From NCBI GenBank assembly GCA_034408725.1, contig JAWXCN010000010.1, positions 1-24,602 on the forward strand: a stretch of DNA of 24,602 nt, written 5' to 3'. Both the position numbers and the translations under genes were made by a program. Position 1 is the first letter of the stretch, and each line of letters starts with the position of its first letter. Shown in pieces: positions 1 to 10,194 of this stretch. The stretch comes from Candidatus Hydrogenedentota bacterium. GTDB taxonomy: Bacteria > Hydrogenedentota > Hydrogenedentia > Hydrogenedentales > SLHB01. A model generated the notes under the pieces. That model was given only the letters and a program-made list of their open reading frames with translations, did no database searches and was not told where the DNA came from.

Positions 1-2
1 CG

Positions 3-674
3 CTTGCGGAATCCGGCGACGTAGACCTCGTCGCGAAAGGCGACGTCGCGGGATTCCCGCGTGGATGGAGTTATGCCGGAAGCAATCTGTTCACGGCAGA
101 TGCCGCGGCAGACCCGGCCATCACCACTGCAAACCTGGTCGCGTTGGCCGCGACAGGCAGTGAGATCACGTTCGTGGTCGTCCAATCCGGATTGACGTCG
201 ACCCTTGGCATTGATCGGGACGACGATGCGACATTGGACTTCGACGAATTCGTGCTGGAGGACAACGACGGCGACGGCATCGCGAACGGAATCGAAACTG
301 GCGCAGACACGGACAGCGATGGCCTCAAGAACTATCTCGATCTCGATAGCGATAGCGACAGCCTTTCGGATGAGGACGAGTTCTCGCTACATGGAACGAA
401 TCCGTTAAGCGCGAATTCGGACGGGGATGGGTTGCCGGATGCATGGGAAATCGCGAACGGCCTTGATCCGAACGATGATGGAAGTGTCAATCCTGACAAT
501 GGTGCGCTCGGCGATCCGGATAATGATGGGTTTACGAACATGGAGGAATTTATCGGGGGAAGCGACCCGCAGGACAATAGCAGCACGCCGCCGAGTGTTC
601 CCGCAGCGAGCGCGTGGGCGCTGCTGGTTCTGTGCGCGGTAATTGCAATAGTTGGGCGGCGGCGGTTTGCATAG
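3..674 (+). CDS. C-terminal fragment of a large surface protein: Ca-binding DxDxDG (thrombospondin type 3-like) repeats and an IPTL/PEP-CTERM-like sorting tail. Truncated by the window edge.
   Basis: The frame is open from base 3 (LAESGDVDLVAKGDVAGFPRGWSY...), so the 144 start in the ORF track is internal. It has several DxDGDG motifs (DNDGDGI, DSDGL, NSDGDGLPDAWE, DPDNDGFTN). It ends VPAASAWALLVLCAVIAIVGRRRFA: Pro motif, transmembrane helix, basic cluster. Confidence 0.8.
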   Translation, partial: LAESGDVDLVAKGDVAGFPRGWSYAGSNLFTADAAADPAITTANLVALAATGSEITFVVVQSGLTSTLGIDRDDDATLDFDEFVLEDNDGDGIANGIETGADTDSDGLKNYLDLDSDSDSLSDEDEFSLHGTNPLSANSDGDGLPDAWEIANGLDPNDDGSVNPDNGALGDPDNDGFTNMEEFIGGSDPQDNSSTPPSVPAASAWALLVLCAVIAIVGRRRFA

Positions 675-706
675 GGGTTTTTCCGCGCGGCAGAAGTCGC
701 CGGGTG

Positions 707-884
707 CCGTGTGTCCACGGAGTCATCGCCCCTAAACAGCCAAAGCGGTGTCTGCGCTACCCGCTCCGCTACCGCAGCCCAAATAGTCCTTTTCCCAGAA
801 CGACATTTTAGGAAGAGGCCTATTTGGATTGCGGCGGCCCCAAAGGCGCCGCTTTGGCTGTTTTTCACAGATGGCCTAACCCTT
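707..884 (+). repeat. BIME-like REP mosaic, copy 1 (linker L tail, REP-A 734-786, spacer S, inverted REP-B 820-863, linker L head)
   Basis: AAACAGCCAAAGCGG...CCGCAGCCCAAATAG followed by inverted CTATTTGGATTGCGG...CCGCTTTGGCTGTTT. Near-identical copies at about 13780-13980 and 24432-24602. Lies between convergent genes. Confidence 0.9.
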
Positions 885-914
885 GCGCTACCGCACTCCA
901 AGGCGGGTCAACGA

Positions 915-3431
915 CTATTTTTGCGCGGCGCGTAATTCGCTGATAGCGAGGAGGTAGAACACGTTGTGTACGAGCCAGGGTTCGCTGGTGCGGTAAGAAG
1001 GATATTCGCGCCCGCCTGTCGACAGATCAAAGCCGGGGCGGTCTTGCCCCATCATGTCGCGGACGAACCCGTTGGGAATTGCGCCGGGCACCTTGCCGGT
1101 TTCGCGTCCTGGTATTTTGTTGTAGCGGTGGTGATACCGCGGGGGGTTCACCGCGCCGACGCCTTCCATCATGCACAGATCGTAGGGGTTTGCGCCAAGC
1201 ACGAAATTGAAATGATCCAAGGCGTATGCGAGCGCGCGTTTGTCTTCCAGTACGCGATAAACTTTCAGCGCGGACCACGCGCGGCACAGATATTCAAAAT
1301 TGTGTCCGTATGCCGACGATGGTTCGAAAAAGAATCCGTCCGCGCCCATTTGTTGTTGTGACACGCCGAAGGCATTGCGCGGTTCTGCGACGAACGCATC
1401 AAGGTGCAAAGCAAGCCGATCCTTGATGCGCGATTTGAGCGGGTCTCCCGGCATCTCGAGCACAAAGTGCGCCAGCGCCGCCGCGGGAACGTCTCCGCTC
1501 TTCGCATACCCGCCACCCAACACACCGTCCGCGGGCGCGCCTTCGAGGATTGCCATTGCCGCAGCCTGGGCATGCTCGCGAAACCGGGCTTCCTTGGTTG
1601 CGACAAATAAATCCACCGTGCTGATGAGCAGCAACGGATCGGCTGCGCGCGCGGGGTTCGCGGCCAGCGCTTCCCAAGCCTTTATCGCGCGTTCTAGGTA
1701 ATCACTCTCATTTTCGCGCGTTGAGAGTTGGTTGGCCAGGCGCGCCCACGCGCCAATCGCAAGCGGTGCGTTGCCTTCGCCTTCGAGCACGACTGGATCA
1801 TCGGGCGTGCCGCGCACGTTGTCCGTGTGGTCTTCCGGCGCGGCCCACCGCATCCATGTTGTGCGGTCGGGGCCTTGCTGCACATGCTGGTAAAACGTGC
1901 CGGAATCGGTTTGAAGTTTCGACAGATACTGCGCGCCCCAAACTGCTTCGTCGAATGCATCCTCATACCGATCTTCATCGCGATTGAACCGCGCGCAGAA
2001 CACCGGGTCCGCCTGCATGACAGCAGTAAGCGCGTAGGTCACGCCGCTATCTCCATACTCCCACGAGAGCTTGTTGTAATCTCCCGCGCTGTGCCAGCCG
2101 CCGGTGAGGTCGCGGTGCGTGCCGTCCGGAAGTTTGGCGTCGTCCATGTGACAGGGCTTGTGCCAACCGGGCACGTCGCCGCCGCAGCGTTGCACGAAAA
2201 AGAAATCGATGCAGGCTGGAACGGTGGCGCGGAACAGTTGCTGATGGCCGATCCCGAAGGGATGCGAAATTCCGTGTGTTTCTCCGAGCGATGCGCGGGC
2301 ATGGTACGTGTCCGGTTTTTTCACCGCGCTAAAATCCGCGCGCCAGAAATACCAGCCCCAGTCCGCGCCGCCCTGGCCGACGACCCGGCCCGCGTACTCG
2401 AGTTCGCCTTTGTGTTCGCGTTGATCGGCGTCCGTCAACCCGAATGCGTTCGCGGTTTCAGAAGGCGGAGCGTTCGTCATGAGGACGGCGTGTTTTGGTC
2501 CGATGGTTTCGTATCCCGCCTGATTCACGAGCACGCGGACGACCGGCGCGACGGGTAATTCGGAAATCAGCTCCGCATCGTCCCATACAACTTCTCCGCC
2601 ACGCACAATAAGCGACATACGTAGCGTGCGCGCATCGTGCGGTGGAGAAACACTCGGCGAGGAAAGGCGTGTCCACTCCGTACTCGAGGTTGGTTCGCCC
2701 ACGTCCACGCGTAGCACATCCTGCGCAGAATCGCCGGACCACACGAGCGCAACCGCGGCCGATGCCGATGGCCGGCATTGCGCCCAGGCCTCCGCGTGGA
2801 ACCGATCGGTCCACACGGGAATCGGGTAACTAATAGAACTAAGGGTAAACCAATCGCCCGTCGCGGTAAGGACCACCGAACCGGGCGCGCTATGCCCAAG
2901 CGTGGAATCGAGCTGCCGTGTGCCGGCGCGGTTGCCGGGAAATATTTCGGATAGTTCTTCATCCCACAAGGTGACCCGGCCTTTGCGGTCAAGCGGAAGC
3001 GCGAATGCGGTGTTCCCCAACACGCCGGGTGATGTGGGAATGACGCGCAATTCCGAGAAGGTGGCGTCTTCGTCGCTTCCGCCAATTACACGGAGTCCGG
3101 TCGCAGCATCATGCAGAGGTGTTTGAAAGGTAATAAAACGCTTGTCGCCGCCTGGCATCGGGCCGAGCGCGGGTAATTCAAGCAGAAGCGTGCCCTGGGC
3201 GTCTATGAGTTGGGCTTTTAGCCAGGGCGAGCCGCGTTTGGCGGTGCAGATGCACTCAACAATGAATGAGCGGCCGGGCTCGATGGCGCCGGCGTCAAAA
3301 GACCATTCAGCCGCGCCGGACGAGGGAGAAACGTTCCATTCGTCCGGGAAGGTGCGCGCAACGCGGAGGTCTTGCGCCGCGACCGTGCAGACACAAAAAA
3401 ATGTTATGGCGAAGGTAATGCGCACCAACAT
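915..3431 (-). CDS. Secreted glycoside hydrolase family 9-like protein (signal peptide, probable N-terminal beta-sandwich/CBM-like domains, Ig-like domain, GH9 catalytic barrel), 838 aa
   Basis: Start moved to ATG 3431 (MLVRITFAITFFCVCTVAA signal peptide, GAGGGG RBS). GH9 hallmarks: VNQAGY..GPK Ig-like domain, FFFVQRCG, DLTGGWHSAGDYNK, LGANPYDLCMMEGVG, PPRYHHR, YRTSEPWLVHN. Confidence 0.85.
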   Translation of the reverse strand: MLVRITFAITFFCVCTVAAQDLRVARTFPDEWNVSPSSGAAEWSFDAGAIEPGRSFIVECICTAKRGSPWLKAQLIDAQGTLLLELPALGPMPGGDKRFITFQTPLHDAATGLRVIGGSDEDATFSELRVIPTSPGVLGNTAFALPLDRKGRVTLWDEELSEIFPGNRAGTRQLDSTLGHSAPGSVVLTATGDWFTLSSISYPIPVWTDRFHAEAWAQCRPSASAAVALVWSGDSAQDVLRVDVGEPTSSTEWTRLSSPSVSPPHDARTLRMSLIVRGGEVVWDDAELISELPVAPVVRVLVNQAGYETIGPKHAVLMTNAPPSETANAFGLTDADQREHKGELEYAGRVVGQGGADWGWYFWRADFSAVKKPDTYHARASLGETHGISHPFGIGHQQLFRATVPACIDFFFVQRCGGDVPGWHKPCHMDDAKLPDGTHRDLTGGWHSAGDYNKLSWEYGDSGVTYALTAVMQADPVFCARFNRDEDRYEDAFDEAVWGAQYLSKLQTDSGTFYQHVQQGPDRTTWMRWAAPEDHTDNVRGTPDDPVVLEGEGNAPLAIGAWARLANQLSTRENESDYLERAIKAWEALAANPARAADPLLLISTVDLFVATKEARFREHAQAAAMAILEGAPADGVLGGGYAKSGDVPAAALAHFVLEMPGDPLKSRIKDRLALHLDAFVAEPRNAFGVSQQQMGADGFFFEPSSAYGHNFEYLCRAWSALKVYRVLEDKRALAYALDHFNFVLGANPYDLCMMEGVGAVNPPRYHHRYNKIPGRETGKVPGAIPNGFVRDMMGQDRPGFDLSTGGREYPSYRTSEPWLVHNVFYLLAISELRAAQK

Positions 3432-3502
3432 GGGCAGTGGTCCCCTCTCGCAAACGCCGGCGCGGATTTGGTGGCCCCAGCCGATTACCGCGTTGAACGG
3501 GC

Positions 3503-3511
3503 AGTATAGCA
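3503..3511 (-). promoter_or_regulatory. Putative extended -10 promoter (TGCTATACT) for the GH9-like gene
   Basis: The minus strand reads TG-C-TATACT about 70 bp upstream of the 3431 start. Confidence 0.45.
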
Positions 3512-3577
3512 AATGCGGGGGTGATGAAAGCCTCGCAACGCTTGGCCACATGACGTCCAGAATCCGCGCGGAGCGCC

Positions 3578-3735
3578 TTGGAGTGCGGCAGCGGGTAGCT
3601 GCCGCTTTTCCTTCAAGAGACCAACAGCGCCACGTACCGCTCCCACACCAATTCGAATCGAAAGCGGTAGCTGCGTCCGAAGCGGACTTCGCTACCGAGT
3701 CCGAAGCAGACTGCGGTAGCGGAGCTACCGCTTTC
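3578..3735. repeat. Cluster of three REP-type palindromes in alternating orientation (3578-3608, 3661-3703, 3708-3735)
   Basis: TTGGAGTGCGGCAGC-gggta-GCTGCCGCTTT; AAAGCGGTAGC...GCTACCGAGTCCGA; AGACTGCGGTAGC-gga-GCTACCGCTTT. They share the (T)GGA(G/C)TGCGG...CCGCTTT frame of the BIME units. Confidence 0.75.
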
Positions 3736-3856
3736 ACTTCGTCTGGCGTGCAATTACCGGCATCGCTCACAACGGCCAAAAATAGCGGTACCGGGCAGCG
3801 CGCGCGCATTCGCGCACTGCCCGGCATCGTGAGCCTTGACGGAGGCGAAACCGAAC

Positions 3857-4732
3857 TTACTTTTTTTCCGCGGGAGGCGCCGCCTGTACTTTTACAATAT
3901 CACCTGCTGGCAAAACTTTTGCAAGATTGGGTTCAGCGTTCGCGGGGCCGTCGCCCATGACCCATTTTGCGGCGTCCACAACGCTTTGCTGAAATGCTTC
4001 CGCATCCCAGACATCTTCGCGGTGGCCCATTGCGTTGTAAAACACGCGGCCTTTGCCCAGTTCACTGCACCAAATAATTGGGTAGTTTGGAATGTTGTAC
4101 ATTTCCTGCTTCAGGCGCTCCGGCCCCGAATCCAACGTGGCGAGTACGTGAATGCTGTCGGCGTTGAGGTTCTTGAAGAGGTACCACTCATCCTTGATGG
4201 TCCATTCCGTTGGCACGTGCGCCATCGCCGGGTGTGTTTTGTCCACCACGCGCACGATGCCGTCGAACTGCGCGCCGTGGCCGCGAAACTCACCGCCAAC
4301 CATCTTGATGTACGGCGTGACTTCCGCGCCTTCAGGCGTGTGAAACGTGTCGGACGCGCAATGGAAACCCATAAACCCGCCGCCATTGTTGATCCATTCG
4401 ATGAGTTCCGCCTGCCCGGAAGGTTTCATTGGCGGGTTCTTGTCGCTGCCTTCTTCGTCTAGGTCCAAGGTCGTAAAGAAAATGACCAGTTTGTACTTCT
4501 TGAGATTGTCCGCGTTAATGAGGCTGGCGTCCTTCGTACAGAGCACCGCCGTGCCGAACTGCGGGGCAAGCTTTTTGAGCACGCGATCAACGTGGCTTTC
4601 TTTCGTGTCGTCCCATTTGATGCAGCTATGCTCGAAGCCCGACGATTTGCTCAGAAACACGGCCTCGCCCTCCGCGACGGCGCAAAGCGTCCAGCAGTAT
4701 GCCGCCAGCGCAACGATTACAATGCGTTTCAT
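3857..4732 (-). CDS. Secreted ThuA-domain (trehalose utilisation / class I glutamine amidotransferase-like fold) protein
   Basis: Start at ATG 4732 (MKRIVIVALAAYCWTLCAVA signal, AAGGA RBS). Motifs GFEHS, GGGFMGFHCASDT, GGEFRGH, DEWYLF, GKGRVFYNAMGH. Confidence 0.85.
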   Translation of the reverse strand: MKRIVIVALAAYCWTLCAVAEGEAVFLSKSSGFEHSCIKWDDTKESHVDRVLKKLAPQFGTAVLCTKDASLINADNLKKYKLVIFFTTLDLDEEGSDKNPPMKPSGQAELIEWINNGGGFMGFHCASDTFHTPEGAEVTPYIKMVGGEFRGHGAQFDGIVRVVDKTHPAMAHVPTEWTIKDEWYLFKNLNADSIHVLATLDSGPERLKQEMYNIPNYPIIWCSELGKGRVFYNAMGHREDVWDAEAFQQSVVDAAKWVMGDGPANAEPNLAKVLPAGDIVKVQAAPPAEKK

Positions 4733-4776
4733 TCGAAGATTCCTTGCTTGGTTAGGACCGGAATGCACCCGGAGAT

Positions 4777-4805
4777 AGCGTATAATCGAATGCGCAAGCA
4801 GTCAA
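4777..4805 (-). promoter_or_regulatory. Putative sigma70 promoter for the ThuA gene (TTGACT-17 bp-TACGCT)
   Basis: Minus-strand -35 at 4805-4800 and -10 at 4782-4777, with exact 17-bp spacing. Confidence 0.5.
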
Positions 4806-4814
4806 GTCCGCACA

Positions 4815-4843
4815 TTGACAACGTAGTTGCTTCGGGGTAGGCT
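4815..4843 (+). promoter_or_regulatory. Putative sigma70 promoter for the histidine kinase (TTGACA-17 bp-TAGGCT)
   Basis: Perfect -35 at 4815-4820 and -10 at 4838-4843, with 17-bp spacing. Confidence 0.55.
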
Positions 4844-4917
4844 CTGATTTCGAGCACGTGTAGCAGTTATCCGAATGGGGCATACGACGTGACCATCTCC
4901 GCAGAATTCCGCGCTGT

Positions 4918-6972
4918 ATGAATGCCAAATCCGATCTCGCCCGCATGCGCGTGCTTACGTTTTCGGCTATCGGCGTCGCCTGCGGGCTGCGGTTCGCAGG
5001 CTTACTACTCGCCGAGGTGATGCCAGACAAAAACTGGGTCCCCATCGTACTCGGAATGGCGGGGCTCACGATGCTTGCGTTAGCGACGCTATACGCGCTG
5101 GTGAGGTACAAATCCTTTCCCCGCTTCGGCTACGCGATTGTCTTCGCAATTGCGTGCCTGAGCGCGGCGCAAGTCATCAGTGGAAGCGGAGCAACGCCGC
5201 AGATACATACTCCCCCGCCAGATGGCATCCTGACGCCACTTGAATTCATTCGCATAGTGTTGCTTTCCGCGGGTCTCGCGCTTGGCATTATTGGGTTCTA
5301 CCTTTCAATATTCGAGTTATTGAAGGCCCGCGAGCAACAGCACGCCGAACAGGAAAAGCTAGGCGAGGCGCTTCGAGAGCGAGAGCACGCCGAAGAGAAA
5401 TGGAGGGTCGCGGAATCGCGCCTGCGCACCTTATTTGACGGCATGGAAGACGCGCTGTTTGTCCATGACATGGAAGGGCGGATACTCGAGTGCAATACCG
5501 CGGCGAGCGCGCGCATGGGGTACACGCGCGAGGAGCTGCTTTCGATGCGCACGCAGGACTTCGACGCGCCGGAATTTGCCAGCGGATTCGGCGAGCGGCT
5601 TCAGGAACAATTGCGGCACAAGCGATTTCGATGCGAAGGCGTTCAATTGACCAAGGATCAGCGGCCGATGGCGGTGGACATCCACACTGTGCTTATAGAC
5701 TTCCGCGGGCAGCAAGCAATACTTGCGGTGAATCGCGACATCACCGAGCGCAAAATCGCGGACAAGGAACGAGAGGTCTTGCAGGCCCGCGTGGCGCAGG
5801 CCGAAAAACTCGAGAGCCTCGGCGTCATGGCGGGGGGCATCGCGCACGATTTCAACAATTTGTTAATGGGCGTGCTCGGCAACGCCAGCCTCGCCCGGTT
5901 AGACCTGCCCGCGGGCTCGCCGATCCACGGTTGCCTCGAACAGATAGAGTCCGCTGCCCAGCGCGCCACCAGTTTGTCACAACAGATGCTTGCTTACTCC
6001 GGTCGCGCGACCTTTACAAAAACGGCGGTGGATTTGTGCGCCGTCGTCCGGGAAGCGCAATCCGCCGCCGGCCACGCGGTTCCCGCGCACACGCGCGTGG
6101 ATTATCAACTCGACGAGAACTCGCCTTTGCTCGAAGGCGACGCGGCGCAACTGCGCCAGGTGCTGTTGAACCTTATTGTAAACGCGGCGGAGGCGTATGG
6201 TGAGCGCGCGGGCGCGGTAGCCGTTTCTGTCCGGCCGGAATCATTTACGCGAAACACGCCGCGTCCTCCGCGCTTGACCGACGCCATTCCGGACGGTAGC
6301 TACGTGGTGCTCGAAGTCGTAGACGGCGGCGCCGGTATCGAAGACCAAACGGCAGACCGCATGTTCGATCCGTTTTTCACGACGAAATTCACGGGACGCG
6401 GCCTGGGTCTGGCGGCCGCGGTTGGAATCGTGCGCGGGCACCGGGGCGCGATTTCGGTCGTTTCGTCGCCGGGGCACGGAAGTACGTTTCGCGTCTACCT
6501 TCCGGTTTCGGTCGCGCATGCCGATGGATTCCGCCACGAACCCGCTCGCGGTGCAGCCGAGACGGCGAAGGGCATTTTGGTTGTCGACGATGAAGAGACC
6601 GTTCTCAGCGTAACGGAACGCGCGCTCCGGCGCGCGGGCTACACCGTGTTCTCCGCGCACAACGGTCATGACGCGGTGGAATTGTTTCGCACCAACGCCG
6701 ATGCGATTGGCTTGGTCGTGCTGGATATGACCATGCCGCGCATGAGCGGCGAAGAGGCATGCCGCGCGCTTCGCGCGCTTCGTGAAAACGTGCGAGTGCT
6801 GGTATCGAGCGGGTACTCCGAGGCGGAGGCCGCCATGCGGTTCGACGGGGATTCCGTGGATGGTTTCTTACAAAAACCGTACCGCGCGGGAGAATTGGTC
6901 GCCGTCGTAGCCGACATTATTGGATCGCCGGCTGAATCCACACCGGTACGGCAGAACGACTTCAACATCTGA
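4918..6972 (+). CDS. Membrane-bound hybrid sensor histidine kinase (about 4 TM helices, PAS, HisKA, HATPase_c, receiver); CckA-like architecture
   Basis: PAS (DALFVHDMEGRILECN...GYTREELL), H-box GGIAHDFNNLL, N-box QVLLNLIVNA, FDPFFTTKFTGRGLGLA, receiver ILVVDDE...LDMTMP...FLQKPY. Confidence 0.92.
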   Translation: MNAKSDLARMRVLTFSAIGVACGLRFAGLLLAEVMPDKNWVPIVLGMAGLTMLALATLYALVRYKSFPRFGYAIVFAIACLSAAQVISGSGATPQIHTPPPDGILTPLEFIRIVLLSAGLALGIIGFYLSIFELLKAREQQHAEQEKLGEALREREHAEEKWRVAESRLRTLFDGMEDALFVHDMEGRILECNTAASARMGYTREELLSMRTQDFDAPEFASGFGERLQEQLRHKRFRCEGVQLTKDQRPMAVDIHTVLIDFRGQQAILAVNRDITERKIADKEREVLQARVAQAEKLESLGVMAGGIAHDFNNLLMGVLGNASLARLDLPAGSPIHGCLEQIESAAQRATSLSQQMLAYSGRATFTKTAVDLCAVVREAQSAAGHAVPAHTRVDYQLDENSPLLEGDAAQLRQVLLNLIVNAAEAYGERAGAVAVSVRPESFTRNTPRPPRLTDAIPDGSYVVLEVVDGGAGIEDQTADRMFDPFFTTKFTGRGLGLAAAVGIVRGHRGAISVVSSPGHGSTFRVYLPVSVAHADGFRHEPARGAAETAKGILVVDDEETVLSVTERALRRAGYTVFSAHNGHDAVELFRTNADAIGLVVLDMTMPRMSGEEACRALRALRENVRVLVSSGYSEAEAAMRFDGDSVDGFLQKPYRAGELVAVVADIIGSPAESTPVRQNDFNI

Positions 6973-7071
6973 AGTTTGGTAATTTGGCCGAATGGAAGGT
7001 TAACCACTCCCTGACCCGAAAAGTCTCCAATATTTTATGGAACGTGCGGGCATCTCAAGGGATAAGTATAA

Positions 7072-9108
<2,037 letters not shown>

Positions 9109-10194
9109 ATGACAACACACCGGATAGCGTGTCCGCCCACGCTCAACCAGGAAACCGGCCGCGCGCTGCTGGACGACGCGAAGAAAGAACCCGTCGCGCG
9201 GGGCGAGGCAATCCTTCTCGATTTTGCGCAGACCCGGAAAATGGATGCGCGCGGAGGGGCGTGGGTCGTTGCGCTGGCGGATTACGCATACGCGAACAGT
9301 GCGGAATTCCGCTGGGAAGGCGAGCAAGGCGATGTCGCCGACTTTGTCGCATTAATCGAACCGGGACTGCACCCGGAAACCCGCAAGCAGCGCGAAGCCG
9401 AAGGATTCACGACGCACGTTGGCGCCAGCGCGCTGGCGATTGCCGCGGAGGTCCGCGAATTTGCAGGGCTGGTAGTCGATGCGACGTACTGGACCTTGAT
9501 CGGGCCTTTGGAGGGCCGGGGTTTCCGATGGGGATTGTGGACCGACGAATTGTACGAGATGGGCGTTCGCGCGATTCGCATCAACTTTCTCATGAACTTC
9601 TTGCTCGGCCTGACGATTGCCATGATGTCCGCCGCGCAATTGCGCGAGTTTGGACTCGGTATTTACGTCGCCAACCTGGTGATGATCGGGTTCGCGCGGG
9701 AGCTTGCCGCCATTATGACCGCTGTCGTGGTGTCCGCGCGCACGGGCGCTGCCATTGCGGCGGAACTGGCGACGATGAAAGTGCAGGAAGAAATCGACGC
9801 GCTACAGGGGATGGGTCTGAACGTCTCGCAGTTCCTGGTCGCGCCCAAGCTGCTCGCGCTGTTGGTCGTCATGCCGTGCCTGACTGCCCTTGGCATGCTC
9901 GCGGGCATTGCCGGCGGATCGGTGTGGGGCGTGCTGGTGCTGGAGATCCGTTTGGATGCGTGGTTGAACCAAACCCTGAGCGCGGCGACGCTGGACGACA
10001 TTTGGCAGGGAATGGCAAAAAGCTTGGCATTCGCGGTTGTCATCGTGTTGATTGGTTGTCACAACGGGTTGCGCGTGCGCGGCGGATCGCGCGGCGTCGG
10101 CCTCATGACAACCCGCGCGGTCGTGATGGACATTTTCGCTATTGTAGTCATCGACATGATGTTCGCAACGTTGTTCTACTACGTGCTCGAGTGA
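9109..10194 (+). CDS. mlaE: MlaE/YrbE-family ABC permease with N-terminal STAS-like domain
   Basis: N-terminal LDFAQTRKMDARGG (STAS-like), RELAAIMTAVVVSARTGAAIAAELATMKVQEEIDAL, GVGLMTTRAVV. Confidence 0.9.
   Translation: MTTHRIACPPTLNQETGRALLDDAKKEPVARGEAILLDFAQTRKMDARGGAWVVALADYAYANSAEFRWEGEQGDVADFVALIEPGLHPETRKQREAEGFTTHVGASALAIAAEVREFAGLVVDATYWTLIGPLEGRGFRWGLWTDELYEMGVRAIRINFLMNFLLGLTIAMMSAAQLREFGLGIYVANLVMIGFARELAAIMTAVVVSARTGAAIAAELATMKVQEEIDALQGMGLNVSQFLVAPKLLALLVVMPCLTALGMLAGIAGGSVWGVLVLEIRLDAWLNQTLSAATLDDIWQGMAKSLAFAVVIVLIGCHNGLRVRGGSRGVGLMTTRAVVMDIFAIVVIDMMFATLFYYVLE

Noticed and set aside
707..901. Repeat units as a CRISPR array
   Set aside because: The units are inverted rather than direct, the linkers are conserved between loci rather than unique, and there are no cas genes.
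711..935. Small ORFs sharing the peptide NSQSGVCATRSATA (711-935, 13327-13920, 24247-24492) as a novel peptide family
   Set aside because: The shared peptide is just the translation of REP-A. Starts, lengths and flanks are inconsistent, and two of the ORFs overlap real genes.
3432..3827. 132-aa N-terminal extension of the GH9 ORF (970-aa call)
   Set aside because: It reads through the REP cluster and a promoter. The signal peptide and RBS place the start at 3431.
9129..10193. 612-aa ORF suggesting a long N-terminal fusion on MlaF or an overlapping gene
   Set aside because: It is an Arg-rich alternate-frame read-through of GC-rich mlaE. The ABC domain starts at the coupled ATG 10194.
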